DNA of 64,000 nucleotides, from assembly GCF_009914755.1 (NCBI RefSeq), contig NC_060930.1; one strand, given 5' to 3'. Below, piece after piece: positions 41,702 to 56,674 of this stretch. Each line of letters begins with the position of its first letter. The first letter of the stretch is position 1. The DNA comes from the human T2T-CHM13v2.0 reference genome, Homo sapiens. Under the pieces are notes generated by a model. That model made no database searches. It saw nothing but the letters and a program-made list of their open reading frames with translations, and was not told the origin of the DNA. A program made the translations under genes and the position numbers.

Positions 41702-43761
41702 GCTGTATTTTTTTATTGTTGCTATAAACCTTTAGAATTCTATATCCGCTGGCTATGATGCCTCCCGATGAGGGTAAGGAGCATAGTTGACATTGTCAAA
41801 GGAGCTGCAGCCACTTTCAGTCTGGGATTGTCACTGCTCGTACATGCCAGGTTTCATATGGTTCATACATAGGAATGTTATATGCATTTTGACTTTGCCA
41901 TCATTCTACCTGGGTCGTAAACTCTTGGTGACACATAAGTATTTCTAGGATTGCAGTTTGGTTCTTCATGTATTATTCAGTAAATAAATCTGGTTCTGTT
42001 CTTGATTCTTTTCTACCCTGGCTATTTCTTGTTTCCGTTCCATGTGTCCCCTCCTCTTTCTGTCTCTTGTCTTCCTTGTAGCTGATCCAAACCCATCACT
42101 AGTGTCTAATGTCATCTCCCTCTCACACACCCCAGCTTTCCTGACTCAGTCTTCCCACTGGCTCCCGCATTGTGTTCCCTGGACTCTACTTCACCTCTTC
42201 TTTCCAGCCAGTGCATGGCCTGAATCCCAGGGGAGTTGCCTCCCAAGTCTGTCCCCTCCTGGCAGGGGGGATGTGGGTGGAGAGAGGGGCCTCTTTAGCC
42301 CCGTTCTGTGGGAAGGCAGTTGAGAATGAGACCATCTTTGCTGCCTGGGCCACCATCCATGTGTCCCCATGTGCACACAGAGCCCCCACTGTAGCCATTT
42401 GCCCAGCAGGGGTTGCCTAGGCTGGCAGCAGCTGTGGGTAGGGGGTCTGCCTTCCTGTGTCTCTCTGGTTCCCTACCACTCCCCGCTACCGTCTCCTTCT
42501 AGAGCAGACCCAGTGGTTTAGTGCGATGTTGAAAGTCAGTCAACAGGCAGAAGCCCATTCACTCCTGTTTTGTGTGCAGCCTTGTATGCCCAGATGGTGG
42601 CATCGGTTAACCATGGCACAGCAGACCACGGCACCGCACTGGGTAATGTGCTCAGCCCTCTGGTCTAAAGATGAATTATCTCCAGCCTGGAGAAGATCAT
42701 CACTGACATGTTCCAGCATGATGTATATGGCATTCATCCTCGGAAACATTAGGAGAGCAGGCGCGTTTCTTTCTCCATCCTGTAATGTATCGATAGCGGA
42801 TGCCAGATGTATGTGTAAACTCCCAGACCCAGGATGAATGGATTTTTCCCCCTGAGAAATATCTGTATCCTGTAAATAGAATGTTATAAACATTTGTGGG
42901 ACAGAAAAAGTCTCTGGCCTTTTCACATTGCCACACTCTCGGGTGATGGATCTGATCTGCTGAAGAGCACCAAGCTTTTTCCCTTTGTGTTGGACACGTC
43001 TTGTGGAACTCTTGACTTCCTCTCTCTCTATGTCCTGCGAGAACTCGTGGTTCCCAGCTGCCTATCAAGCAGCTGAGGATGGCCTTATAGGTCAGGGGTT
43101 GGCTGAAGGGCTGAGAAAACTCCCCCAGGTAAAAATACCCCTCACCCTGACGTCACTCCGAGAAATCCCACCGCCGGTTCAGGGGCTTATTTTTCCTTCT
43201 TCCCCTTCTCTGTAAGCAGAGAAGAGGCCGTCCACTAAAGCAGAGGGCTTTCTGGGCCTCAGAAGCCATTCTCCTCAGGGGAGACGCCTGTTGGCACTGC
43301 AGTCCTCAGCATTCAGAAGCCAAAATTAGAGTCTGTGATTGATGTGCGAGTCAATATGTCGTCCTTTCACCCAGAGCCTGAGCTGCAGCCAACTCAAACC
43401 AGTGTGCTTCCTGATCAGGATGCCACAGTCGCTGGCTCCACAGTGAGGCACAGAAAAAGGTGAAGTTCAAGTAGAAGTCAGAGGAAAGAAGTGAGTAGGT
43501 GATGCCCAGGAAACCCTCCAGGCATCACGGAGCCACAGAGTCTGCTCCACGCCGGGGCAGGTGACACCCCCTGCCCTGACGGAGGCCTCCATCTGGTTAG
43601 ACGAAATTCCCGGAAGAGCAGGAAGCAAGGCAAGGCCGGGTGAGAGAGAGGCCAGCAACTAGAGAGAGGCCTGTGCCCGGGGGTGTTTCGGTTCCAGGCC
43701 TCCATCACATCCACTTCTTGCGCGGTCCCTCACTTCCGCTTGCCTCCTTGACTCGCATCAC

Positions 43762-43864
43762 CGTCCTGGAGGCTGTGGTGTGCTTCTTCTCTGTCTGGTC
43801 CATCGTTGGCCTCTCAGGATTCCACACCTACTTGATCAGCTCCAACCAGACAACAAATGAGGAC
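43762..43864 (+). CDS. ZDHHC14: ZDHHC14 coding exon (likely exon 6): (S)[34 protein letters not shown]; TM4 and TTxE motif
   Basis: Preceded by U12 branch site and AC; donor GAC|GTAAGT at 43865; 103 nt; TTNE motif typical of DHHC enzymes. Confidence 0.96.
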
Positions 43865-44355
43865 GTAAGTTCCTGACCACACGGGACACGGGCGTGTTCT
43901 TGGGTTTTGGGCAATGGAGGAGAAAAAGGAAAGAAAAGGTTGAGCCCAGCTTTTCCCATACATCCCGTTCCAGATGTGAGCCCTTGGGAACAGAGACGGT
44001 GCCGTGGAAACTTCTCCACCTGCCGTTCTGCACGTTTCTCTTCTGGGAATCTCCACGTTCTCTGTTTTTCCGACCACATCCATTAGTTACTAAGATTGGC
44101 CAAGCAACACCCATTTCTGGCCCTGAAGAGAGTGTTCTTTGTATTCCTTTGAAATGGTTTCGTAAGCTTCTTATCACACTTCCCCTGGTAGAGACCATGG
44201 CGGGCCAACATCTTGGAGTGAACGTTTGAGTCTGCCTTTCATATTTAATGTCTCTGTGGGAGGAAATTGCCCTGACCCAAAATTTAACTTTTTTATTCAG
44301 GATTATCTGCCTGCACTTAATACAGATGGAGAGGAAGTATGAAAATAGGAAACAA

Positions 44356-44709
<354 letters not shown>

Positions 44710-45283
44710 TTATACTTAGATTTTGATAGAAGTCTCTATCCACACTTGAATTAAATGTCTCAGGATAGGTCCAGTTACCTTAAACAAAAGCTTGAGAAAA
44801 TAGGTTGTGATAAGACACATGAGATAAGAGAATATTAATACAGTTATTTGTACTTGGTAGCTACAAATATTAGAATATGCAAAACAGACCATTTTGGTCA
44901 CAAGAAGAGGCTGAATTATTTCAGTCTGTAAATTAGCAATTAGGGGAACCATTTCACCTACCATTCATTTAATTATTATTTAGGGCACTAAATGTGAGTA
45001 TGAAAAAAATCTCTGCTGGCTTATATGAGATGGCCTTTTAGTACCATGTGGTACAAATAAAAGATGACTGTCCCTGAGAATGTTATTCTTTCCCTATTCT
45101 AACCTGCTGTTTTAGGACATTTCCAAGTTTGGAGTAAATGCCCGTTTTCTTTAAGAAAAATACCTCCATTTCTTTGGATTAAAGATGATTTGCATTCTTT
45201 ATGAGCCTCTCATGGTCCAGCTCACCTCAACTGTGCGTTGGTGTGGAAGATATTGCTTGTTACTGACTTTCCTTTTCTTTCAG

Positions 45284-45393
45284 ATTAAAGGATCCTGGTC
45301 AAATAAAAGAGGTAAAGAAAATTACAATCCCTACAGCTACGGAAATATCTTTACCAACTGCTGTGTTGCCCTGTGTGGGCCCATCTCACCAAG
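45284..45393 (+). CDS. ZDHHC14: ZDHHC14 coding exon (likely exon 7): [36 protein letters not shown](S)
   Basis: tactgac branch-like motif and tttccttttctttcag acceptor; donor AAG|GTAAGA at 45394; 110 nt, in frame; NPY..GN...N C-terminal DHHC-family motif. Confidence 0.96.
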
Positions 45394-45652
45394 GTAAGAC
45401 TCAGGACGCATCGTGCTCTTCAACAGACCTTGGAAAACCGAATGCCTCGGCCGTTAGCACAGGCCGCCCGCCCTGGTGGAATGGGTCGCCGCCACCACGT
45501 GACCACTTTGTGCCGCGTGGATGTGGCCTTCGTGAAATCGAGATCTGGCTGTTTGTCGTGTCACACTTCACACCTTTTTTGATCTTCAATTGAATCTGTG
45601 TCTGATTGGGGGGAAATTTCCTAAAGCCCAAAATAGAGAGACAGATGCCTGT

Positions 45653-45688
45653 GGCCCTGCTAATGACTGAGGCCCTGCTAATGACTGA
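45653..45688. repeat. Perfect 2x18-bp tandem GGCCCTGCTAATGACTGA
   Basis: Read directly. Confidence 0.9.
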
Positions 45689-45894
45689 AGGTGCGTGCAG
45701 GGAGCTGTGGTTAGCATCGTCAAGGAGACAGGACACATGTGCAGGAAGGAAGCAGCCAGAAGTCTGAGGAAACCAGTTTCGAAAGTTGATTTGCACACAA
45801 TAGAAATGTTCATAGGGAGAAAGCCACATGGGCCGCAGTCGTTGATACTGTGGTCATGGTAATAATGACGATGACACGAACCATGGCAGTAGCT

Positions 45895-46115
45895 GACCTT
45901 TATTGAATCTGTGTTAAGCTCTGCTCTAAGTTCTTTATCTGCATTAGCCTTTCACAAGCTCACTCTGTACCTATAGGTAGGCACCGTTATATCCCATTCT
46001 ATGGATGAGGAAAGTGAGGCACAGAGTTTAAATAATGTGCCCAAGATCACACAGCAAGTAAATGCCGGCTAGTCAGGACACACACCCAGGCCACCCAATG
46101 TCAGAGCCAGTATGT
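45895..46115 (-). mobile_element. MIR
   Basis: cccattctatggatgaggaaagtgaggcacagag...cccaagatcacacagc. Confidence 0.85.
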
Positions 46116-47188
46116 GCCCACTGAGGCACGCTGCCTCCAAGTCAGAGTGTACAAGTTCAAAATACAGATTCTTTGTGAGTTACACCTATGGAGAATATTT
46201 TCAACTGATAAATCAAACCATGATCAACAAATAGATATTGAGCAAATCTACCTGGTCTCTAGAATGAGTTTCCAAGTTATTACTGCTTCCTACCTTTTGG
46301 TCTCCAAATGTGTAAAACAGGGAGAAATGACAAAAGCCACCATGACTGTGTCCAGGGCAGACCCACTGTGCACCCAGACCTTACCGATATGCGCTTGTGG
46401 AATGCAAACTTCATTTGATTATCAGCCTCAGTGAATCCTCATTAGAGAGGTAAAAAGAATTCAAGAAAAAAAAAATCCAAGCATATATTCCAAGGCCATC
46501 TGTGCACTGGCATTGAGTTATTACTTTGAGTCACCGTGGTGCTACTGCAAAACTAGAACTTGATCATTTTCTAGCTTTAGCCTAGAAACTTGGGAGCCCA
46601 GCATGCCACTGTCCTCCTGAACTAGGGGTCCTCAAGGCACCCCTGACCTCCTCAGAGGCTTAGAAAGGGCAGGCGAGGATCCTGGGTTAGAGGAGCTGCT
46701 CAGACCACAGGGGTCAGACATGCCTGGGCAGGTGCCAGCTCCTCTTGAAGAAACCTCCTGACTCACCTAGGGATCCTTCTGGGAGCTCTTTAAGCAGAAA
46801 GTCTCTCAGGCAATGGCTTGATTTGTCACAGCGTCCATGGTGCTTCCCGCTGGCTTGTTTGTGACTAGCAGGGCAGGTCAGGAAACAGTAAGAGCCAGGG
46901 AGAGCTGGCCTCTTTCCCCCACCTGCAGTGCGTGTGTGGGTCTAAGAGAGGATGCCGAGGCCTCAGTTCTGTCCAAATCTCCCTTCTTGTTCCTGAGTCC
47001 TTCATCTGCATATGGCACGGCTTTATGTTGTTTAGAGACCACAAACTGTCACAACCAAAATTATTTCCACCACTGGGTTAAATGTGCTGTTTTGGCTGGA
47101 TTGGGGCTGTATCTTTTCCAAAATCCATGTTCCTTTGGGTGGGGCATTTCTTGAGGATGGTCCTACCCTGAGAAGTGTTTGAATCGTT

Positions 47189-47395
47189 TGTTAAAAGGTA
47201 AACTGAAGGACATTAAAATAGTGAAGAGTGTATTTGAACAGACGGCGATTCATGAATCTGGCAGCTCCAGACTTGAAGCGGTGTGGGGCAGCACTGAAGG
47301 GGCTCCGGGGGAGGCTTTTATTGGGTGAAGGCAGAGCAAGACAAATAAGACATTTGCTTTGTTAAAGTGGGGCCGTAGCTTTCCTTGGGTCATTC
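47189..47395. mobile_element. Possible ERV LTR fragment
   Basis: tgttaaaaggtaaactga...gattcatgaatc..gcagc resembles ERV1-type LTR ends; family uncertain. Confidence 0.35.
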
Positions 47396-47960
47396 TGGAG
47401 CTTGGGCAGGGACATAGGCCACTCATAGGCTTCCGGGCTGGCCCCAGGCAGATGTGAGGGGGTGATGCCTACCTTTGCCCCTCCCTCTCGTCCCCTCTTG
47501 CCTTGCCCTTCCGCTGTGCCACCTCGACCCAGCCCCTGTGCCCTTAAGTGGGCCAGGGCCTTCCCGGGCATCCCGGCCAGGCCTACCCACTGAGAGTGTC
47601 CCCTTCCTCGGACCCCTGGGCCCAGACCCCTGTGCTTGAGTTGCCCCTCCTGGGTTCTTAAATGGTGCTGTGCCATGCAAATAAGGCAGAGAGAGTTCTT
47701 GTGTTCCCCTCTGGGAGTCTGCTTACCAAGAGTTCAGAGACCCACATTCGGTTCCTGCAGTGTTCCCAGAGGCAGGGATGGCAGCTGGCTGGGTATGGCC
47801 AGGTTTGGAGGAAGGAGTCCTCATATAAGCCTGGCGGGAGGAATGGAAAATTGGGAACACAGAAAGGCCCAAGGAATGGTCAGTGTCACACCAGACTTGG
47901 GCTGGTTCTGTGGGTCATGTGGCCACCATTGACTGCCCATGTGCGGTGGAGCCAGTTCCG

Positions 47961-48152
47961 TGCCAGGCGCTGGGGGTGCACGGGAGAGGGGCTGGCTCTG
48001 TGCCAGGCGCTGGGGGTGCACGGGAGAGGGGCTGGCTCTGTGCCAGGCGCTGGGGGTGCACGGGAGAGGGGCTGGCTCTGTGCCAGGCGCTGTGGGTGCA
48101 CGGGAGAGGGGCTGGCTCTGTGCCAGGCACTGGGGGTGCACGGGAGAGGGGC
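47961..48152. repeat. 40-bp G-rich VNTR, 4.8 copies (TGCCAGGCGCTGGGGGTGCACGGGAGAGGGGCTGGCTCTG)
   Basis: Units begin at 47961, 48001, 48041, 48081 and 48121; only two substitutions. Confidence 0.97.
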
Positions 48153-49114
48153 CAGCTTCTGGGCAGCAGGGACTGTCCATGGGCAGGCAGTGCACAGTGA
48201 GGTGCGTGGGCCGCCCAAGAGTAGGTCTAAGCTGTGAACTCTCCCAAGGGTGAGAAGGAGTTCGGAGGAGGAAGCGGTGGGGAGGAGCAGGGTTTTGAAA
48301 GACAAAGGGGGCAGCTGTGCAGGGACCCGAGGGTGAGGGTCCTGGCTCATCCCAGGAAACACTGATGGGGTTAATGTCAGGAGTGGGGGGCGAAGGGAGC
48401 TGGGCCGAGAACCAAGAGGTGAGACAAGACAAGGGGCGAGTCCAGGTGAGGAGGAGAAGGACGGGCAGAGCCTCATTGGGCCGTGTCCAGAGCTTCGCAG
48501 CACTGGGAGCCCAGCTGCTACATTAAACAGGCTGGACGCGATGGGATGCTGGCCGAGAACGCTTGATTTTTTTCTCCCTGCTGTCCCTTCAGACTCTTTT
48601 GATGACCTAGTTCTTTTTCCGCTCCTGGATAAAATCCCCTGCAAGCCCCTTAATTTCTCTTGTCATTAAAAAAAAAAGAGAGAGAGAGAGCAAGAGAGAG
48701 CACGTCAGAGCACTTTGCCTCCAAAATAGTGTCATTTCAGTGCATCAGAACTGCCAAGTTTATTGACAGTTAACACTTCCCATCACTTCACCTGACCCTG
48801 GTTGGGAGGACTGTGGGGATCCCTGTTTCCCTTGAGCTCTGCCCCCACCCATCAGCTAGTCCTGTCTCCCCACCAGCTTGCTGGCCAACAGTGAGGAGGG
48901 GATTTGGGACAGGGGGTCGGTGCTTTTGGTCCCCCACCAATGCTCTAACCTGGTGGGGTCTGAGAGCACCTGACTGAGAATTTCCTCTGAGGACCCCCCA
49001 TTGCAGTTCCCTGATGGAGACACCTGCCACTGCAGCCCCAGGTGGGCCCGCGGCCATGAGCCGTGCATAGGCCTCTCTGTGGGGCTCCCTCTGCGGCTCT
49101 CTTGGGCTGAGTCC

Positions 49115-49908
<794 letters not shown>

Positions 49909-51548
49909 TGACACTGGCTCTCTCCCATGAGATCCACACCTGGACCTTCATCCAACCCCAGGTCCCAGCCCCATCCCTGGCTGTCACCCGCGCTAGAGGG
50001 CAGAACACCCTTCTCCAAGACAGCCTTCTCTGCTCTTTTCCCCTCGGACCCTTTGTACCTTTGAAGGGAGGGTTGCAAAGCTGGTTTGAGAACCCCCTTT
50101 GACATCCTGCAGAGGAGGTCAGGCACTTTTCTTTGAAAGGTGGAGATTCTTGTTGCCTGTTGTTTTTTCTAAACCTATGGAGTGTTCAGCTGGAACTGAG
50201 GCAGAGAGTCCCATTTGAGGATCCCGTCACAAGTGGTTTTTCTGGCTTATTGTTCTGCCACTTGAAGACCTGAAGGCAGTAGTCATGAGGTTAACTCCTG
50301 TGTTCCACAGGACTGACACGTAGGAGGCCCTGCTTTCTGAGAAAAGCAGCCCAGGTAGACAGTCCTCAGAGGCGGGGATGGGCATGGCCTCTGGATACAC
50401 TTTTGTAGTTTGCAAAATGCAGAGCACCTGGGGAAGATTCTGCGCTGTGGGTGTGCCTGGTCCCACACTGTGGGGGCTGCTCCAGGGATACTCACTTATT
50501 AGCTGAACCTCCTGTTGCTCCTTACACTTCTGCCCTTAGACTCAAGGTCAATGCTGAGCCTTCACTGGGGAGAAAAAAAAGGCAACTTTACCCCACCTTC
50601 TAATGAGCCCAGCACCGTAGAGTACAGAAACAGATGCCTTTGGAAGCACTACTCAGAAACTTGTCTGTGGGACAAGGGACCCATTTTTATTCATTCCATC
50701 AAGAAGAATTTTGCGCAGCACCCGCTGGGTGTCAGCCTCAGAGATACAGATATTGAGACGGCCTGCCGGTCCTTGCCCTCCACGCTCTGTGACAGATGTG
50801 GAAGAGGGGCTCTAATCCCCATCTCTGTGTGCCAGGCACAGGGCCAGGTACCATGGGGGGCCACAAGATGAAGACTCTGCCCTTGGGAGCTTGATTGCAG
50901 GCAGAAAGCGATGTATGGGGCTGAGAATCAGAGAAGGGGAGAGAGGAGGAAGGGGGCTAGGGGCAAGAGCAGGGGCTTTTGAACCTGGCCTTGAAGAATG
51001 GAGAGCAGAGGGGCAGGAAAAGTGACTTAGGAAGAGAGGGGGGAAGAGTCCAAACAAAAACACAGAGATAGCCAAGCAGAGTGCATGCTGGCGGGGCTGT
51101 GGCTCTGTTCCCACGTGGCAGGCGGTCATTTCCCACACGCTACACTGGCACTAGCAGGTACTCGAAACAACGTTTGCTGAGTGAATGTAGTAAGAAGACG
51201 TGCAGTTGAGGCTGGAGAGGAGCGCTGGGGACAGATGGTGACAGGTGGGGGTGAGACCAGCTTAGAGGCTCCCACAGTTAGTAGACAAGAGGGAGATGCT
51301 GTCATCTGAGCAGGCGACACGCCCTTGGCCTGGCGAGGAGGCAGGCCATGCCGTAGTCATGTTTAAAGGGAGAAGGGACAGAATTTGGTCACTGATTATA
51401 CACGAAAGTGAGGAGAGGCATAGTCTAAGTTGCCTGAGGTGGGCCTGTCACGGGAAGAGGGAGCCCCGACGCGGAACCTGAGATAGTGCTGCTGCGTCTC
51501 TGGCTTTTTATTCACTCTCTTCCTGCTGTGTTTTCTTTTCTCTCGCAG

Positions 51549-51651
51549 CCTGATCGACAGAAGAGGGTACATCCAGCCCGACACGCCGCAGCCAGCAGCA
51601 CCCTCCAATGGCATCACCATGTACGGGGCCACGCAGTCACAGAGTGACATG
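51549..51651 (+). CDS. ZDHHC14: ZDHHC14 coding exon (likely exon 8): (S)LIDRRGYIQPDTPQPAAPSNGITMYGATQSQSDM
   Basis: ttttcttttctctcgcag acceptor; donor ATG|GTAGGA at 51652; 103 nt; in frame (AG+C=Ser); matches the recalled ZDHHC14 tail. Confidence 0.93.
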
Positions 51652-52631
51652 GTAGGAGTGGGGGCCACTGCTCCCTGCGAGGGCTTCCCTTTTGCTTGTG
51701 TGCTCACTAACAGGCCACCAAGCAGCCTTCCTAGCAAACCTCCCCAGGAGCGGGGGCAGCCCACAGCCGCCCACCCCATGACTACTGCGCTCAGACAGGA
51801 GGCAAGGCGTTAAACTAAGGCAGTAGCCCAGGAAGCGTATGGCCACTGAGTTTGGTGTGCTTGTTCACAGTTGCGCAGGGGAAGTCCACACACGCGAGCT
51901 GTCTGCCAAAACAGCTTGAGGCACGTGGATGGAAGCCCCTTATACAGGATCAGGCTGTTGTTACACATCCCAGGCAGGGCTGGGCTCATGATCTTCCATT
52001 TCCCTTTCCGTCCCTTGGTCCCCATCTGTACTGACCCCTCTTCCACTTCCTCAAGCGTGCAGTGGCTGGTGCTGCCGGTTCCCCTGCTTCCGCCCAAAGT
52101 CTGGGATCAGCCCTGTGTAAAATAGCGCAAATGATCAGACCAGGTGTACGTTCACTTGCCACAAAACTGACCAGTGCCTCTCCAGAGCGTGTGCACATCT
52201 CACGCTTTCTTCGACGGGTGGACATGCTTTGCTTGCAGTGTGTAGGTTTCTAGCGTGCAGGTTTCCAGCGTGCAGGTGGAGATCTGGGGGAGGGGGCAGG
52301 AGTCGCTCATGGACACCAGGAATCTCAGCCTGGCCTGGTCCTGACCATCAGTGTCTTAAGATTCCCTAGGTGTCTGGAAGGCAATGGCCTCTCTTTATTT
52401 GGAACAAATCTCCCTAAAGTTAGAAGTTCCATGTTTCTGCAGAGAACCTTGTCTTGTGGTGGTCCTGTGCTGTGTGCTCTTTCTATAGCTGAATCACCCA
52501 CTCCAGAGCATCCATGACAGATCAGAGACCTGACTTTCAGGTAGACTGGACGTGGGCAGCAGCCCAGAACACCTTGCTTCTGGGTGCAAAGAACTGCAGG
52601 GTGGAAGTTGGCAGCCTCAAGACAGTCCTGA

Positions 52632-53206
<575 letters not shown>

Positions 53207-54254
53207 TGAGAACAGAGGGAGGAAGAGACAGGCTCGCAGGAAAGGGGATTACATTCATGGAGATCAGCTGTGTTCAGGGCGCGTGGTGGTCAGCACCTCA
53301 TTTAACCCTAAAGCAACAGTGGGAAAAGGGGACACTTGTCCCCACCTTTTTTAAGTAGGAGAGATTGATCATCCATCTACCCAAGGCCACACAGACTCTA
53401 ATTTGTGGGTTCAAAACTAGCCTGGCGACTCCAGTGCCCACGTTCACTTCTTACACTGCATGCCTGCAAGCGCACAGGCATTAAAGACCAGATCTGTGCT
53501 CAGAGGCTTTCTGCACCATTCGCAGGTGCACAAGAAGTGCCCTGTAAGGACAGAGCTCACCAGAATTCTGGCCGCAGCATACGTTGATCGTTTCTCTGAT
53601 GTGTGCATGTGTCTACACACAATAACCTCTCATTCAATCAGCCACTCTACCTGGGTTCCCTCTGTGTGTTGAGGACTAGACTAGGAGATAGAGATACAAA
53701 GTTTGTGGGGTACAGCTCATCCACCTTCAAAGGGGTCAGCAGTCAGGGGGCAGTATGTGAGCAGATACATGAAGGAAGCATTAAGAACCTTCAGTAGAAT
53801 TGACCACCGATGGCAAATGTCCTTGTCAAAACCAGTGGACTTATGTTCTTCTTACCCTGTGACCCCCATAATACTGGGCTCACCAGGTTCTGCAGGGTGC
53901 TGATCTCACCAAGCTCTACACTTTGTTGAGATTAAGAAAATTAACAAAGGCTGTTTAATGGTGCTCTCACCAGGAAGCCACTTCAGGTCAAGACCAGATG
54001 GGACATAATTCATCAATTCAGCAAACAGTTATTGAGCACCTACCCTGTGCCTCTGTGACAGAGAAGGTGGCTTTAACCATGGAAATGGGGAGGTCGTTTT
54101 ACTCCATATGTGAAATCAGATTCCCCTCTGGAGTCCATTCATTCTACACCTGCACCAAGACTCTGGACATGGCAGAAATGCTAGCGTTCATTTGCCTATT
54201 CCTTTAGGAGTCACCTTCCAAATAACTAGTACCGCTGAAGGCACCGGGCTGTGA

Positions 54255-54699
<445 letters not shown>

Positions 54700-55078
54700 T
54701 GAGCACTGTGTCAGGAAGCTTGAAGATACCAAAAAAAAAAAACAAAAAAAAAAAAAACAAGACTCCTTGCCCTCCTGTTCTCTGCTGTGACTGAGGATGA
54801 GACAGTCTGAACACCCCAGGAAAGAGCTGCATGCGACATCACCATGCCACTGAGCACCAGGCAGATCAGGAGGAGCTCTGGACCTGGAAGCAGAGCCTCT
54901 TCACTGCTGGCCTCAGGCTGATGGCATACAGAATCATGGTGGGATTGAGTAAGGACCTGCGGCCCTGGTCACCTGCCCAGGGTGACAGTGCACTCTCTGC
55001 CATGCATACCTGAGTGTAGGTGGCTTCACATCTCCTGTAGCATCTTCTTGCCATCCGTACACACAAAGGGTATTTGTA

Positions 55079-55371
55079 TTTTTTTTTTTTAAGACAGGGT
55101 CTCACTCTGTCGCCCAGGCTGAAGTGCAGTGGTGAAATCTCAGCTCACTGCAACCTTCACCTCCTGGTCTCAAGGTGATCCTCCTACCTCAGCCTCCTGA
55201 GTAGCTGGGACCACAGGCATGTGCCACCATGCCCAGCTAATTTTTGCATTTTTTGTAGAGACAGTTTTGCCATGTTGCCCAGGCTGGTCTCGAACTCCTG
55301 ACCTCAAGCGATCCACCTGCCTCAGCCTCCCAAAGTGTTGAGATTACAAGTGTAAGCCACTGCACACGGCC
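55079..55371 (-). mobile_element. AluJ-like (antisense)
   Basis: gatcctcctacctcagcc and ttgcccaggctggtc J-type features. Confidence 0.92.
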
Positions 55372-55879
55372 ATTCATTCCTTTACTCAGGCATGCACAGA
55401 TCTTTCCAGAGAGCTTCCAGGGGAAGGCTTGAAAGCACTGTTGGGTATAAAGAAGTGAACAAGGCTCACATGCACCTGGGAGCTGTTCGGTACAAAAACA
55501 CTCCAGCGTCACAGCCCCAGCGAATCCATGCCCAGTGAGTCTAGGCTCAGGCACATGATATGTGCACGAAATCTCAGGATCAAGGTCTTGCTTTAAAGCC
55601 CATGGACCCCATGCTAAAGAAGCCCTCCATCAGTGAGTACCATGGTCTACCGCCTCCATACCAGAGACAAAACTGTAAGAAATCTCAACATCCTGGGAGT
55701 CATACGCGTATAAGCACTACTCCGGATTTGGTAATAGCACAGAATTGTATAGTCAAGTCCCCTAAGCAGGATGTTCCAGCCAGTGATAAAAGCTGTACAG
55801 AGACATCTGTTCCACATGCTAAATGCTTTCGAGTCAGCCAGCAGGCTTTAAGATGCCTTTTTATCCCCATCTGGAAGAG

Positions 55880-56115
55880 GAACATTGGAGATGGGGATTC
55901 ACTGTGTGGAGACCAGACTGCTACCGCTTACTAGAAGCATGACCTTGATGAGTTGCTTAACCTCTCTCTGCCTCAGTGTTTTCATCTATAAAATGGGAAC
56001 ATTGATATTCTTACCTTGTAGGGTTTCTATGAGGATTAAGTTAAGACATGTCAAGCACTTAAAACCTTGCCTAGTAGAAGAAAAGTACTATTTAAGTGTC
56101 GGCTATTATTATTAT
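55880..56115 (+). mobile_element. MIR
   Basis: cttaacctctctctgcctcagtgttttcatctataaaatggg core. Confidence 0.85.
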
Positions 56116-56674
56116 CCCCCTGAGACCCATGAGTGGCAAGATGAGCGAGCTCAACTGTACCCTCTTGGAGCAACCGGAAAATAATAGAGATGACTGGCAT
56201 GAGGGAAAGAGCCCAGAATGGGAACCAGGGAATGAGAGCTCCCATTCTGGCTCCTGCCAGTTAGTTCCCTGATGATTGGCAGGTCACTCTTGCCTCACTG
56301 GTCCTCAGTTTTCCTCATCTGCAAAATAGGAGGTGGGATTAATTTGTACCTAAAGCCCCCTTTTAGCTGTGAGCCTTTTGTGAGTCTCTGATCCTTGCAG
56401 CTCCACCAGGAGATTAGGAGGGCAGAGACAACATCTCAGTCCACACATGCCAGAAAGAGCTCTCCAAACCCCAGAAGAAGGTAAACACCGTGACTCTCAG
56501 CTCCTCCTCTCCTCCCACCCACCCTGACCAACAGCCCCCAAACTGACTAAGCCCGCACTTGACACAGGATTGGGGGTGTGCTGTGGGGCTATGCGCAGTC
56601 TGGCCGTCATACCAGAACTTTCTTGAGAGTAGGAGTGTGTGTTGCTTTTCTTATTTGTCTCCTATTTCTTGAAT

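Noticed and set aside
45302-45317. AATAAA and GAG|GTAAAG inside a coding exon
   Set aside because: Explained by the codons for S-N-K-R-G-K; no downstream poly(A) element and a stronger donor exists at 45394
47662-48644. Long overlapping ORFs (191-252 aa) on both strands
   Set aside because: Caused by the stop-free GC-rich 40-bp VNTR
54731-54760. Orphan A-rich run suggesting a retrocopy tail
   Set aside because: No upstream retro-element body or convincing TSD; looks like slippage within an L2-like relic and may cause oligo-dT mispriming
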